Source: Ramazzottius varieornatus
Taxonomy: Eukaryota > Animalia > Tardigrada
Assembly (NCBI GenBank): GCA_001949185.1
Contig: BDGG01000002.1
Span: 5,632,448-5,696,447 of the forward strand
Reading direction: 5' to 3'
DNA: 64,000 nt
This document shows positions 50,724-64,000 of this stretch, piece after piece. Position 1 is the stretch's first letter. Each line of letters opens with the position of its first letter. The notes beneath the pieces are model-generated. The model did not search any database, had not been told where the DNA came from, and was given only the letters and a program-made list of their open reading frames with translations. Both the position numbers and the translations under genes were made by a program.

Positions 50724-51583
50724 CCTTCAGGTTTTCCTGCTAGAACAAACAACTACGAACTCGCTGTTCGACACCGAAGTTGTTAACTTGCAGACGGGTA
50801 TAAGGACATACTTTGATAACCAGCGAGGCGCTGTTTAAACGTCTGGACGGCGAAATGGGCGAAAGACAAAGTCACCTGTGGGGTACGCTGTAACGACAGA
50901 CGGCGCTTGGTCAATCAATTGTGGACGCGCGATTCCTGGATGGGTGAGGTACACGTGCTTCCGCAGTTCCGGCCCTCCCCAAAATGATGAGCGGGATCCG
51001 GAAGTTCCGATGGATTGATGAAGTCAAACCTAGAATTACAGTACGAAAATCGGACTTTGTAAATTCTGTAAAATTGAATTCCAGAAGTAAGGATGGCGCA
51101 ATCAACGGATCCATCCAATCAATCACATCTCCTGGCGAATTGTATGACATAACCGATCTTACATATTACATAACATGATTACGTGATCTCTAAGGTTGTC
51201 CACTGTCCAAACGGATAACAGAACTTCCGGTTGCCGCACTCCCGCACCAGACAGAGAACCTGACTTTACCGTTGGAAAAAAATCTTCAAAAGACACTTTT
51301 TCAGTTCACCGGGTGGCTGGTCCCTTTACTTGTGGTAACATTGAGAGAAAGCTCTATATTCCATGATGGACAGATTTTTATTCTGAAACTGCGGAAGACC
51401 AATCCTTTGTGTTAGAGCTCTTTAGTAGAAAAAAAGAACAGGCACCCATCCAATCTTTAGTAATATACAAGTCAAACTGCAAAATCTAAAATTTTTGCGT
51501 AAGCAGCAGGCACTTCGTTCCTGTCGACACCATAAAATTGCCAACAGTTCGTGCAAGTCCGTTAAAAAGATAAAATAACAACG

Positions 51584-54500
51584 TTAGGCTTTCCATCCGC
51601 CGGTAAGTTTTTGAAATTCCGCTTCGTCAAAGGGCGTCGATTTGTCATCGGCTCGATTGCCAAGGCAGATGTATCCTCCGATAAATTCATGAACGTTCTT
51701 GGCGTCAGCTCCAACCGGCCAAAACTCGAGGACCTCATTGTCCAATTCCACTGTCACGACCTTCTTGTACCAATTGACTTGCCAGTCCGGCATCCGCTTG
51801 AAGGGCCATGCCTTGAGGGTTCTTCCATTGATATCCATGCGGATCATCCGGTTTGGTGTGATGGCTAGCAGTTCTTCTTTCCTCGAGCTGGCGAATATGA
51901 CGACAAAGTAATGCATGGCGTAATCGGGAAGACCTTGCCATGTTCGGATCAGCTGCAGCTTGGCGTCCATCAGCGAGAGGTTCTTCACTTTATCATGGGC
52001 TTCCATGATTCTTCCGCCGAGCCTAAATACGGGAAAAATAAGCTCAACCTTTTGAACTTTCTTGCGATCGGCGACCTTCATACTTTGCGGACTTGTTCTT
52101 TTTTATGAATCGAGGAGCCACGTAAACGTCAGGGTTTATGTTGGAATCCATGGGACCGATATCGAGTCGCTGAGGCGTATGCTGGAGCTGTAGCTGGCCA
52201 TGGATGTTCTGTACTTCATACTGGTAGGAATTATCGGCCATGGTTTTTCCTCTGGATGCTAGGCGGAAAGCAGCCATCCATTTAGCATACTGGGCGTCGT
52301 TGGCACATCTGTCAAGACATGTCCACAGTTGTTGAAACAAGCAACAGCATCAACAGCTGGTGGAGTCAATTTTGTAAACTACAGCACTAACCTCAACCAC
52401 ATTTCGTGCATTCCGTCTGCCATGGGCACTTGCAGCTTGATGCCGTATTTGCCGTTTGTCAGCATGACATCGGGAGCCACTTCGCAGCCTCGTAAATTCA
52501 CCTCCATGGACGGCTCGCTCTGCGTATCGTGCTCATCGCGGTAAAGCGACATTGTTGTATCTCTCAAAACCACGTAGTATGGTTTGAATCCCTAGAAAGA
52601 AAGAACAGAGCATGTTATCTATTCCTGTTGAAGACAACCGATCGGAAAAAAACTCGCGGAAAATATCCGGAAGAACTGGCTGAGAAAATTTCGGAACCCT
52701 CTTACGATCGGCCAGAGCTCACATACGTACACGAAAACTTACCCGCATAGTGAGGAACGATCTTTTAGGTTTGAGAAACTGCAAGTAATCGCTGAGGACC
52801 GGGACTTGCATAATGTCGTTATAAAAGGCGGGCGTGGCAGCTCCCTCGAGTGTCGTTTGCAGTTCGTTCAACGCGGCGTCGATGTCATCTTCTGCGGTTT
52901 GAGTAGGCGTCTGCGGCACTTGTGACTGATGTTGTACCTGGCGGAAATAAAAAGAGACTGCTGAATAGGTCTGCTTAATTATGCAATGAGCATTGTATAC
53001 CTGAAGTTGCAACGCGGCGAAAAGCATCATTTCGTCCTCCGTACAGTCCAATTCTTCCGTCATGATCATCCATCTCGCTTGCTCGTAGATCTGATTGATC
53101 CGTTTCACATCGAATTTGGGATTCAGATCGTAAAAGGTAAAGAATTTAAACCTGTTTTCAAAGCGGAAAATCATCATTATAACGCCTGAGGGTCAGTGTT
53201 GCTACTTGAGTTAGGTTCAAGTGCGTAGCTTACCGTAAAAGGATAGTGTCGCCTTCTCGAATTCCTTGTTCGTAAAGTGACCGCGCCGAGTCTAGCCAGC
53301 CGGCATTCATGCGTGCCTTTTCCAGCCGACTTCGCGGTCTCAAAAGGGTTTCAACAGCCTCTGGTGCAGGCGACTGTGGCGAACGAGCCAGGTTAACGTC
53401 AAGCGACTCTGTCAATAGAAATGGTTTAGTTTAATCATAGTAAACAAGACGAACGTGGTCGTAATTCATCATGGTTCACCACGTTATCACATGAACACTC
53501 ATGAAAATTCACGAGAGTGAAAACCTCGGGAACTTTAATACTTCCAGCAGGCAGGCCCAGTTCAAAATGTGTCTGGGTCGCCAAGTTTTGCGCACTTTAC
53601 GCAACGTGGCTATATAGTCTTACAGCTAGTTTACTTCAGATGGGGTTCCTCACCTTCTGTGGCACCGGTTCCATCAACGATGTTCACCGTTCCTTTCTCG
53701 GGAGCGGCATAAAGCGGAGTTGTATAAGGGTTCTGAGCGTAGAAAGGTGCGTACTTTTCGCCGCCATGTGAGCCAGTTTGTGAGTGACGGGAGAGAGTAC
53801 CGTGGGGCGAAGGTGTGTGGTAGTTGATATGATAACCATTGGTGGGAGGAGTGGCGGCTCCCAACGAACGATCGCGGTCCAGGCTGTTCATTGAGCGTGA
53901 CTGCTGTAAACGAGGGAGGGTATCGCCGCTACGCGAGTTCAGATGCTGATTGTTCAGCTGCACAACAGGAGGCAAATCCGACGAGATGACTGTATTATTC
54001 TTCAGAGCTTGCGGATGCAATCGCCGGCAAAAAGAGAGCTCTTCGCCGTGCCGTATTCCTGTAATAATAAGAAAAATGTATACATATTCCATTCTTTCCG
54101 AGAGTACGTTCATGTCATAGACCAAAGGTCGACAGTGTAAACGCTGTTAGTCCGACTTTAACAAGTACAAAATTAAGGTCGCTGCCTGCTGGGCGGTACA
54201 GACCAATTTCAAACTTGGCTTCATAAATCTGTTTCTACTCTAAAGAAGGCACAGTATGATCCACTGTTTGAAAAGCTCAGCAAGATGATGCTGATTTATA
54301 AACTCAGATTGGACTTTGAACAATCATCCTTTTATTGAATTGGGCGATTTTGAAAGGACTGCAATCAAATTGACCGCATTGATGGTCTTCTTCATTAAAA
54401 TACGCTGAATATGGCCCAAAGTGGGGCGCATGTCGCGATGTCACTCGTTAAACGGCCACATTTTGTTGAAAATTCTCTGTGATATCTTTGGTCAAGATGG

Positions 54501-56257
54501 CCGACCAGATATCGTGTTAACGATGAGGCACATTAAAATGCTTACCCAGTGACGAGCACAAATCCATAACAGCTCGCAGAACCGTACTGGACATGTCTAC
54601 GCTGACAGTAATGTACTGCAAATCCGGTAGTTGAACACGGATAATTTTGTGTTTGGGAGTGAACCAAATATGCGCAGCTGCCGTGACGCCGTACTGGTCA
54701 AGTGTTGAGCGACTTCGATTAAGCCATTTATTCTCTTCCGGCCACCACAGGTCATGATCGCTCCAGTCGCGTGTCCCCAAGTCTTGCACCAACAGCAACA
54801 TCACTTTCCCGATACTGACATCTCCCTAAAATAAAAATAGAGAAAACTACATTTAATTTCCATGCAACTTCCTGGTCCGTCAAACCTAATACCTAACTTT
54901 CGCAAACCTGCGACCAACGAGCCGTATATTTAGCATTACGGACTTGTATGCAGGCCCACAAACCGCTTTCTAAGCTTGAATTCTAGCATCTACTGGCGAA
55001 TTATACAGTCCTTGGCATTGTAATATTAGTGTTTATTAGTTTTTGTTACAAAGTCAGCTTACAATTAAGCTCGTGCGTATGTTGCATAAATATGATCAGT
55101 CTCGTAAGGTCCGATCAGATGAACGAGAGTATCTGTTCGAATTTCTCATCTTGGAAGTTGGAACTGCTCTGAAGATGTTCACCGAAGAAGTTAAACGTAA
55201 ATATAGACAGTAATATGTAGGTTTATTTTGGGAGCTGAACTCTCATCAATCTTCGTTGTGTCCTGTCATCTTGGACTGTTGTCTCTGCGAGTTATGTCTG
55301 TGGATGAGAACGTCTTCTTCGTCCTAACTCTTGACTCAGCTTACAACTACGCTGGCCGGTCTAGCTGGCATCAAACGGACGTTCGTCGTTTAAACATTCT
55401 CAATGAGAGGACAAAGTCCATTTGCTCTTGAACCGCTAGATTTGTTTTACGATTCCGTTTACGCACGGTACGCAGCAACGCGGAAAAGCTCCTTCCGGTT
55501 AGTTCAGTAGCGGAGTAGAATTTCAGCGTTCGTACTGCTTTTCAAAACTTCGAATTTGAGTGTAAATTAGAAAAGCTCCCTGAAATCTCTCGCTTTTGAA
55601 ATAGAAAGTTCGTCAGATTCGGTAGGCTGCCGTTTCGGACAGCGTCGTGGGATAATTCGCAAAACTGGGCGTTGTCCACCAGGACTTACTGCAGAAAACA
55701 TTTTCTCGTAAGCGGGAAAGGAGCGAAATTTCTCGGGATTTCTGAGACGCCTAAAATATGCTAAGCCTTCGTTTGGATATTTCGACATGTACATACAAAT
55801 CAGAATCAAATACTCGTCAGAAGCCTGCCGAAGCCGACGGAGATTAGATCGGCTCCAGGTAAATTGGGTGCTAATCCTACAATTATGACACTTTCATTTT
55901 TATTATTCACTACGTTGTCTAGTCACTGCTATTTCCGACCGCTTGACAAGTTGCTCTTCGAAGAAGGGTACGGTGCGATGACTTGGACCTGCAATAAATT
56001 CTCGAAACCTGATATTACATGTACCAGCAATATTTCTCATCTTTGCCTGCATGCTTTCTAGCCATCTATCTGGCCTCGCATAATGCTTTCAAGCAATCAA
56101 CCTCGTCGAGCAATAAATAGCAAAATATTCTCACACATACCGTAACGGTGATAACTCTATCAATTTCCATGTCCGTGATGAAAACTCGCAGGTCCCAGGC
56201 GCCTTTGGCCATCAGCTTGGCATCGGGTATGTATGCCGAGTAAATACTTGGCTCCAT
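51584..56257 (-). CDS. FERMT: Kindlin / fermitin (UNC-112, FERMT family)
   Basis: F0 domain DWSDHDLWWP...RSTLDQYGV, IRHGEELSF, ARMNAGWLDSARSLYEQGIRE, RINQIYEQARW, PH domain LRGCEVAPDV, QYAKWMAAFRLASRGKTMAD, F3 domain WQVNW...VHEFIGGYI...FQKLTGGW. Confidence 0.95.
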
Positions 56258-57822
56258 CTTGGCGATATGCGTTTAAAATGTATCTATAAAAGAAAAACAG
56301 AACAGAAACCACAGGAAGGCAGCTGCAGATGATTAGTCCGAATGCCCAAGCCACAACAATAGTAGTTTCACAAGATCCTGCGTGTCCCCGCGGTGAGCCT
56401 TTTCTTCAGCATTCTGGCCAGAGACGTTTCTGCACTCCTTGGCATCAATGAGCACGAGGAGCAAGTTTGTGGTGCAGGCGATGTGATGCCAGCTTACTAT
56501 GGCTGTAAGAGACGAGAAACATCATCATGAACGTGCTTTCTGCTACGAGGGACGAAAAGCTCGCGGAATAGAGCAAGCAAAGGAGCCTATAGACTGGTTG
56601 CACCAGTTGATTATGGTTGCGTGAGTATATATATGGAGGGCGTGGCTCTGTATGCTATGATGCCTTCCATAAAAGGCGCAGAGGCGGTCGCTTTTATGAC
56701 GTCTTGCACACATACGTCTGCATGGAGAAAATATTTATGAATATTTTCTTCTTTTGTCGGTCGAGTCTAGAAACAGAAAATCCAAAGTGTTACGTATTCA
56801 CACATTAGAAAATGCGGCGTTTGCAAGGCCGAAAGACAGCGGCTGTTCTAGGTCGAACTTCAAGAATGCGGCGATACCACAATTTCCACGTCTCTTAAAG
56901 TCGAACTCTATAATCACAGCTTCATAAAGACGATTCAGCCAAATATCCGTCAGCTTGGGGAAAGCCGAGAAAGACCATAACTATCACAAGGTAGCTGTAG
57001 AACTTCCAGTACCGCCACAGCCCCGCGATGTCCATGCTAGGGTGCCGGAACTACGGTTTCCCGCACGAGCCGCGAAGCCCGAAAAACGCTAGTGAAATTC
57101 GCATTTCTTTACTGGGGCGGGCCTGCCGGAGTAGAGAAAGATCGAAGTTCAAGCAGACCTCGAAATCAATTAATTTTAGGGAGCTGCGACCGGCTGGTAC
57201 GTCATTTGGCGGGTGTGACGATTGCATGACGAAGCGTCTGTTTGATAGACGGGATGGTTCATCGTGAATGAGCTGTTTTCTTTTCAATCAATCTAGAGCA
57301 TTCCATCAATTTGCCGACTTTGCGATATATTCCATAATCCATTATCGCAATGAAAATCGCCGATGCGTATCCTTCTTTTCCCCTAAACTTTCTGAAGTGA
57401 ACTGATCTCCGAATTCTCTGTCCAAGTACTACCTTCCGGGTGCGCCAGAAGTACTCTTTTCTCCTTGCAGTATTACCCGTTACCTGGGTTTTAACCGTTT
57501 GGACCAAACATACAGCGTAGCGAGCGCTTGGGAAGATCGTCTGGTGAGTAACGTGTTTCTAGGCTGTCCCGTAACATCCGGGATCCCGGTCATCTGGGAT
57601 GGACATTGGGGCTTCTAAAACTGTTCACCCATGCTCCGGTTATATCTTCACAGAACTTTACTGTCAGTTCATTTGAAATGTTGCCGTCGTCTCGCTACAG
57701 TTACCCATGCGATTGTGCTAAGGCAAACACCGCCATGGACGAACTTCCTTCCGGCCAACTCTTACATAACATCCACCTGTCGTTATGATGGAATAACGCA
57801 CAAACACACACAGTGTTCGACA

Positions 57823-60601
57823 ATGGCAACCCAAAGCGACAAAATGGCCGAGATGAAGTCCTGGAAGAATCATCCGGCCATCGAGAAATGCGTGCTGACT
57901 TTGTGCCTTGTGTTGGGAGCTGTGGTGCTGAAGATTCACTTAATATATGCCGTGATCCTTTCTGCTATACTGAACATTGCTTTCCGTGGTCTTACGCTGG
58001 ACGTCGTCGTCAAAACCCTTCCGCGAGACACCTGGTAAGCGTTTTGTAATTCATACCTCTTGCACTGACCATGAATCATGTGACGACTTCAAGGCTGTTC
58101 TGCAGGGCTGTTTTCCGGTTGATCAAATTGAAGTATGGAATGTGGCGCTTTACCTCGAGTCGCTCCACCGTGTCGTCACGCTTCGGTACGGTGGCTCGAA
58201 GACATCCACAGAAGCACGCTTTCCTGTATGAAGATCAGCTGTGGACCTTCCGAGACGTCGAGTGCTACTCTAATCAAGTGGCGCACTACTTTTCTGCAAT
58301 AGGAGAGTTTGCCATCGGAGAGACTATTGCATTGTACCTAACTTCCAGGTAGGTTCCTGTGAAGCTTCAGGCATGACACAAAGCTGCTTTAAACAGAGTG
58401 TTCCCTTTGTAGACCGGAGTACGTGGCGTTGTGGCTCGGTCTGTCGAAGATCGGCTGTATATCCTCACTGTTGAACTCGCAGCTGCGCAGCGATCCTTTG
58501 GTCCATAGTCTGAACTGCTGTCATGCCAAAGCGATCATTATAGGCGAAGAGCTAGTCGATGTGGCGGCAGAGCTTCGGTCTAGACTACCGTCCCTGCAAG
58601 TGTTCGTACTTGGCCAACGCGGAAGACCCTTTCGTGGCGCACTTCCGGCCGGTACAATAAGTCTGGATGCAGTCCTACCGGAAATGCCCGTCGAACCACC
58701 AAAGGTAATCAGTGCTAATTTCTACTAAACAGGACGATTCCTGGCAGTCACGATGGCTGATTCAAATATCTTCCCAGCGCAAAGTGAGCATGACGAAGAA
58801 GGACGATCGGTTGTTTTACATTTTCACCAGCGGGACGACCGGTCTGCCAAAAGCAGCCATCATCACCAACGCCCGCTTTTTCTACATGGCCTTTGGAATC
58901 TCTTCGCTGCTAGACGTCTTGCCCAAAGATATCATCTACTGCCCTTTGCCCCTGTACCACACTGCTGGAGGTCCGCGTAGTCGCATACTTCTTCGTTTGG
59001 TGATGTTTGGGTTCTGAGTAACGTAACGATTGGCGAAGGCGATCTTGACTAAATTCCTTGTTCCTGCATGTAGGAATTCTGGGTGTCGGTCAAGTTCTGC
59101 TGAACGGATCCACCGTCGCACTGCGCAACAAGTTCTCCGCGTCGCAGTTTTGGCTGGACTGCGCCAAACATCGATGCACGGTATGTGAACCTCGACAGAT
59201 CAATGGGAAAGGTCTTTCCTCTTTGAGTAACGAAATATTTTTGGTTGAGTATTCTTCTTCTGACAGAATATCTTGTTTTAGGTGGCTCAGTATATTGGTG
59301 AGATTTGCCGGTACCTACTCGTGCAAAAGCCAACACCAGCTGATCGTAACCATTCCGTCCGAATGATGTACGGGAATGGTCTCAAAGCGGAAATTTGGAA
59401 GCAGTTTCAAGATCGTTTTGGCGTCGCTCAGATGGGTGAGTTTTATGGGGCAACGGAAGGAAATGCCAGCCTGATCAACACTCATAACAAGATCGGCGCT
59501 GTCGGCTTTGTGTCGATGCTCTGTCCAAGAGCTTACCCGGTGAAACTTATCCGCGTGGACCCCGTTAGCAATGATGTCCTTCGGGATAAGCACGGCATGG
59601 CTATCCAGTGCAAACCAGGTATTGCTTCGCTTTCAAGTAGAAAGTCGAAAAAAATTTAGTAAAATCTGCTTCTTTTCAACGGACAAATTCAATCGTATCA
59701 ATTCATTGTACAAAATGAATATCATGTAGTCGTGTTTGCTAACATGGTTTACGGTTGTTCTTTTACAGGCGAGGCTGGCGAGCTAGTAGGGAAAATTTCT
59801 GCCAGTGGAATCCACAAGTTTGATGGTTATTGCAATGGAGATGCCACGAAGAAGAAGATTGCACATGACGTCATTTCGAAGGGCGACAGCTTTTTCTTGA
59901 CAGGTAACATCGAATTGCTCCTTCAGTCTGATTGAACATCTTCTCAGGTGTGGAACTTTCCAGGAGATATACTGGTAATGGACGAGTATGGTTTCATGTA
60001 TTTCAAAGACCGAACTGGCGATACTTTCCGCTGGCGTGGTGAAAACGTTTCCACCAGCGAAGTTGAGGCAGCTGTTAGTCGTAGCGTCGGTTTGGAAGCG
60101 GTTATCGTTTTCGGTGTTACTATTCCAGGTAAATGACGGAACATTCGCGAACTTCTTTTGGATATTTCTTACAGTCTTTGCTGCTTGTGGCAGGGTGTGA
60201 GGGTCGAGCTGGAATGGCGTGTGTCACAGGAGACAGCAGGAAGGTGGACCTTCAACGACTAAACAGTGATCTGAAACGCAGCTTGCCGGCGTACGCCAGG
60301 CCTATTTTCCTTCGCTTTATTTCCAAAGTTGACGAGACCGGTAATTGATGACAGACCTCAAGTAGAAGGCTAGGCCTAAGAAAGATATAAGCCGTTTCTA
60401 TTCCATTTTTCATGATTCCATTTTTCTCCTTCTATCGTAGGCACTTTCAAACTGATCAAACATCGATTGCAAACGCAAGGTTTCAATCCTCGAGCAGCTC
60501 ACCCCGACAAGCTCTTCTACTTGGACCCTAAGATTGGAGAGTATCAGCCGCTGGACGAGGATGTCTTTGCCAATATAAGTTCGAGAGCCATTCCTTTCTA
60601 A
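57823..60601 (+). CDS. FATP: Long-chain fatty acid transport protein / very-long-chain acyl-CoA synthetase (SLC27/FATP)
   Basis: [102 protein letters not shown]. Stop TAA at 60599-60601. Confidence 0.95.
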
Positions 60602-61084
60602 ACACTACTTCCCGGTCGACACACATGCGCGCTTTCGTTGCTGGGACTTGCTCAAGATCACTGCAGAGGTATACCAAGGTCCACGGCACACACACTTCCG
60701 TCAAACAAAATCTCTCTGTATTTTCTCGTACTTACATTCTTCGCAAGCTTTCCGCCTTCTTCGTTCTTTGGTCTTTGATTTGTAGGCTTATTAATTAGCT
60801 GTCTCTGTCATCTCGTTTTTAGGATCGTTGCTGTATTACTAGCATGATACTGTAATTTATATTTGGGTGTTTTGTTTTATCTTTTTACCTTTCTGTAATC
60901 TGTACAACTTCAATTCCACCACGATACGATCGCAGCCTTGTGGTTTCCCACCTGATCCCGTAAGACCTCTGTTCGTATTACACTGTGGACCGTTCAGTAG
61001 TTTTACCGTAATGATAAACTAAAAGGACTGTAGAAAACAACAGAAATAACAAAGAAAACAGAATATTCCGCTCACAAAGGAAAT

Positions 61085-63613
61085 CTAAGAAAGTTCTCGT
61101 GCATCAACCTTCGGCACAGGTCCCTCGTAGTTCTTCAAGTCTTGATTCAGAAAGACTTCTTCCGGCGTAATTATGGTTCCACGTATCAGCAGGTTGACTT
61201 TACCCAGTTCCTCCAGAGGCAACGGCGTCAGCACGTAGCACAGCTCATTGGCCGTATCAATGGCGCGAACAATGCCGAAGCCCAGCGTCTGGCAGATAGG
61301 AATCTCTCGAAGAACCTGGACTCCTCCATACTGCTCAGGCTTCTCCACAGAGTCTTTCTCAAACACCGCGAGACCAACATACGAGCACATTAAGACAACC
61401 AGAAAATGAGTCAAAGGAATATGCGGGTCAGAAAAGCATAGAGTAACGTCACGTAAAGACACCGAATACGGAGTAACATCGTTGATGGAACTCAACGAAG
61501 GGCTGATACGACTAAGGTACATCAACTGTGACAGCTTTCGTCTTTGCGGTGCGGAGAAAGCCCCCTTCACATCTTTGTACTTCACATCGGAAGTATACGT
61601 TCTGCACACCGAGTTCGGAGCTCTTCTGAGTTCATGAGCCACCCTCATTTTGGCTTCTTGGACCAGATCAACGATCAGGTTCGGTCTGACCAAGTCTGAT
61701 ATGTCCATCAAAAGTTTGCGACCAAGTCCTTCCACCCAACCCATAGTGTTCACCACCAGCGGCGTAGACTGTTGTCTTCCAGCCTTCCACACACTGTGGA
61801 CCGCACGGTCGTAGATACGGTTGACCGAGCTCGCATCACAAGAACCCACGTAAGTGCATGAGACGGGTGAATGAAGTCGGGCGAACGGCGGACCGAAGAC
61901 TGGAGCGGTTATCGTATGCATGGCGATGCAGCCAGGTGGATTAAACTCGCTCTGACCAATGTCGCAGTCGAGACACTGGACCGCGGGAAAATACTGTAGG
62001 AGACTATTGAGCACAAAGCGAACTGTCGTGGACTTTCCCACGTTCTTCGATCCACAGAGAAGGATGACCGGATTCATAACGATCCGCAGAGCGGAGAGCT
62101 CTTGAGCAATGTCTTTCCACAGGGGAGCCTGTGAGAAAAGTAAGTCGTGGATCACTTTCCGTGACCGAATTTCCCGTTGCTCTTTATCAGTTTAACAAAT
62201 CCAATATTTTGGTCGAACCTATTACCCACTGCTTACATTCGAACAGTGTTCATGTAAAATTAATAAACAGATTCTCACCTGATGATCGACAAAGGAGAAG
62301 GAGTTGAGGGCAGCGACTTTACCATCAGCTACTCGTCCTTGTCCATTTCCGGTTCTTTTCACTATGCACGCCGGAAACAGTTGCTTACTTCCATCCAGTT
62401 CCGTTCCCAGACTTTCAGCCGTATATGTCGGTATCAAGTTCGGGCTGAGCTTCACTACATGCCACAGCAAAGGATCAGACACCCTGTTCGTGCACGACAG
62501 CAAGACTACAGCTGAGATCTGCCCAGGAAACTTCAACAGTGCATTCAGCACTTCAAGATAATGCACCTGCTCGAACCGTCCTTCGGCTCTCTTTTCAAAC
62601 TCTTCCACTCGAACATCGTCTGGTCCACCGAACAGCGACAAGTAGCTTTCGCACGAGAACGACGGCACCACGATCTCGTCTTTCTCGGGCGTGAGCGCAT
62701 ACCCGGCGATGTTAGCCACACCGGCGTAACACTTGAAGCGAGCTATGCCAGCTAAAACTGTCGGGTAACCACTCTTTGGCAGGAGCAGCCAGTAAGCGGC
62801 GTTAGTTACACGGATTAGCGAATCACCGAAAGACATCGGCGGATCTACAAACTCGTCCACTTCCGGTGCTGCTACTGGACCGGAAGTATCTTGTTGACCA
62901 CCGATTCTGAATCTCAAAGCGTCTACCCGTTGCTGTGGAAGTAGCTGATGGACATTGACGTTCATGAACAAGCCGTTATAAGTACCTGGCTTTGGAGGAG
63001 TTTGAGGGTTTGTCTGTTGTAGGGAGTTCATGGAGCTTGTTCCTAGAACGGGAATCGACTGTCCAGGCGCTTCCAGCGTGCTGAAGTTGACTGCGATGTT
63101 CGTCTTCTTGTTCTGGGGAATAACCATCTTTTGTCCGTACAATGCCCCATCCTGACGGGGTTCTAAACAGAGAGAACAAACAAATGCATTGTATGCTTAT
63201 TCAATGAAACAGACACTTCCGGCACCAAGGTAGCATTAACAGAATGTACTTTTCGCCTTCTTCTGCGCTAGTCCATTCTCTCTTTGGAGCCTCTTGAGTC
63301 GTTTCTTACCAATCTTAACATTAGCATCTGAATTACCTCCGCCATCTTTCTTCTTTTGCTTCTTTGAAGATTTCCTTGCTTTCGGAGGTACAGAATAAGA
63401 GGGAGGCTGACTTGGGCTAGCTGCACTGCTCGTGGACTGTGCTGGTGGAGACTGAACAGCGCCTGTCTTCTTCTTCGCTGGCATCTCTGGAAGGCCTGGC
63501 ATGGCTCCAGTTCCCTTGACGTCTTCGATGAAGATGATATCGTCGTCTTCGTTATTTGCGCCGCCATCTTCAGAATCGGATGTGATGGTAATGATATCCG
63601 GTGGTGTCTCCAT
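61085..63613 (-). CDS. NOL9: Polynucleotide 5'-hydroxyl kinase NOL9/Grc3
   Basis: Exons ~63613-63250, 63162-62279, 62128-61085. Walker A CGSKNVGKST, LDCDIGQSEFNPPG, VVNTMGWVEGLG, and C-terminal GFGIVRAID...YVLTP. Confidence 0.9.
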
Positions 63614-64000
63614 GTCTGGAAGCTTGTTAGGTGGTGAAATGCGATGTAGGGAAGACTGTCGATCCCTTGTTAAAATGTCCTAGCTGCCAATCTCCATGAC
63701 GGAGGCATATCGGCAACTGCAAAAGAAATGCCAAATATTTGAGGAGCGAAGAGCAGGAGATAAAACTGAGATTCCCACTGATGGAAATGTTTTTGATTCA
63801 CATACATGAGGTGCTAAAGGGGCCTTGCCGGAACGTTGATCACACTAATTGAGCGATTGATTGATTACGTTCCGCTAAGTAGGTAGGACCGATATGGTGT
63901 ACGTCACACGTTGATGATATACAGTACGTAATGTGATATAAAACAAAATTCAAGATGAGCTCTTCATTCAATCTAAGAATTTGAACAACAAAAGAAAACC

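Noticed and set aside
51770-51800. Kindlin integrin-binding QW motif reads DW
   Set aside because: The Trp is retained and the preceding residue varies in invertebrate kindlins, so this is not evidence of lost function.
54414-54465. Degenerate palindrome-like stretch in a kindlin intron (AAAGTGGGGCGCA...GGCCACATTTTG)
   Set aside because: Too diverged to assign to the family by eye.
58276-58287. CAAGTGGCGCAC matching the palindrome half-site
   Set aside because: It lies inside a FATP coding exon (codons QVAH) with no partner arm 48-49 nt away, so it is probably chance.
1-64000. CRISPR arrays, transposase or reverse transcriptase ORFs, rRNA, horizontally acquired bacterial genes
   Set aside because: None seen. 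The palindromes are dispersed rather than arrayed, and all genes are intron-containing metazoan types.

Overview
Gene-dense eukaryotic (metazoan, protostome-like) DNA with many short GT-AG introns (mostly 50-120 nt). The compactness and gene set suggest a tardigrade-like small genome (inference only). I can reconstruct 15 spliced protein-coding genes: an LBD-less nuclear receptor, a SLIP1/PDZRN3-4-like PDZ protein, NitFhit, DEPTOR, DUSP6/MKP3, RPL29, ACSBG/bubblegum, prominin, RFC1, NFS1, SLC25A3, PDHB, kindlin, FATP/SLC27 and NOL9. There is also one tRNA-His(GUG). Two things are not explained by the ORF track. (1) Eight copies of a ~75-85 nt palindromic element (CAAGTGGCGC-N28/29-GCGCCACTTG core) occur only in introns of four unrelated genes, with an almost invariant core length, a divergent loop and copy-specific arm complementarity. 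(2) Three consecutive enlarged introns of SLC25A3 each carry a snoRNA-like RNA: two paralogous C/D boxes with an LSU rRNA antisense element, and one H/ACA RNA whose pocket fits LSU helix 69. Exon coordinates were read by eye and may be off by a few bases; no database searches were run.
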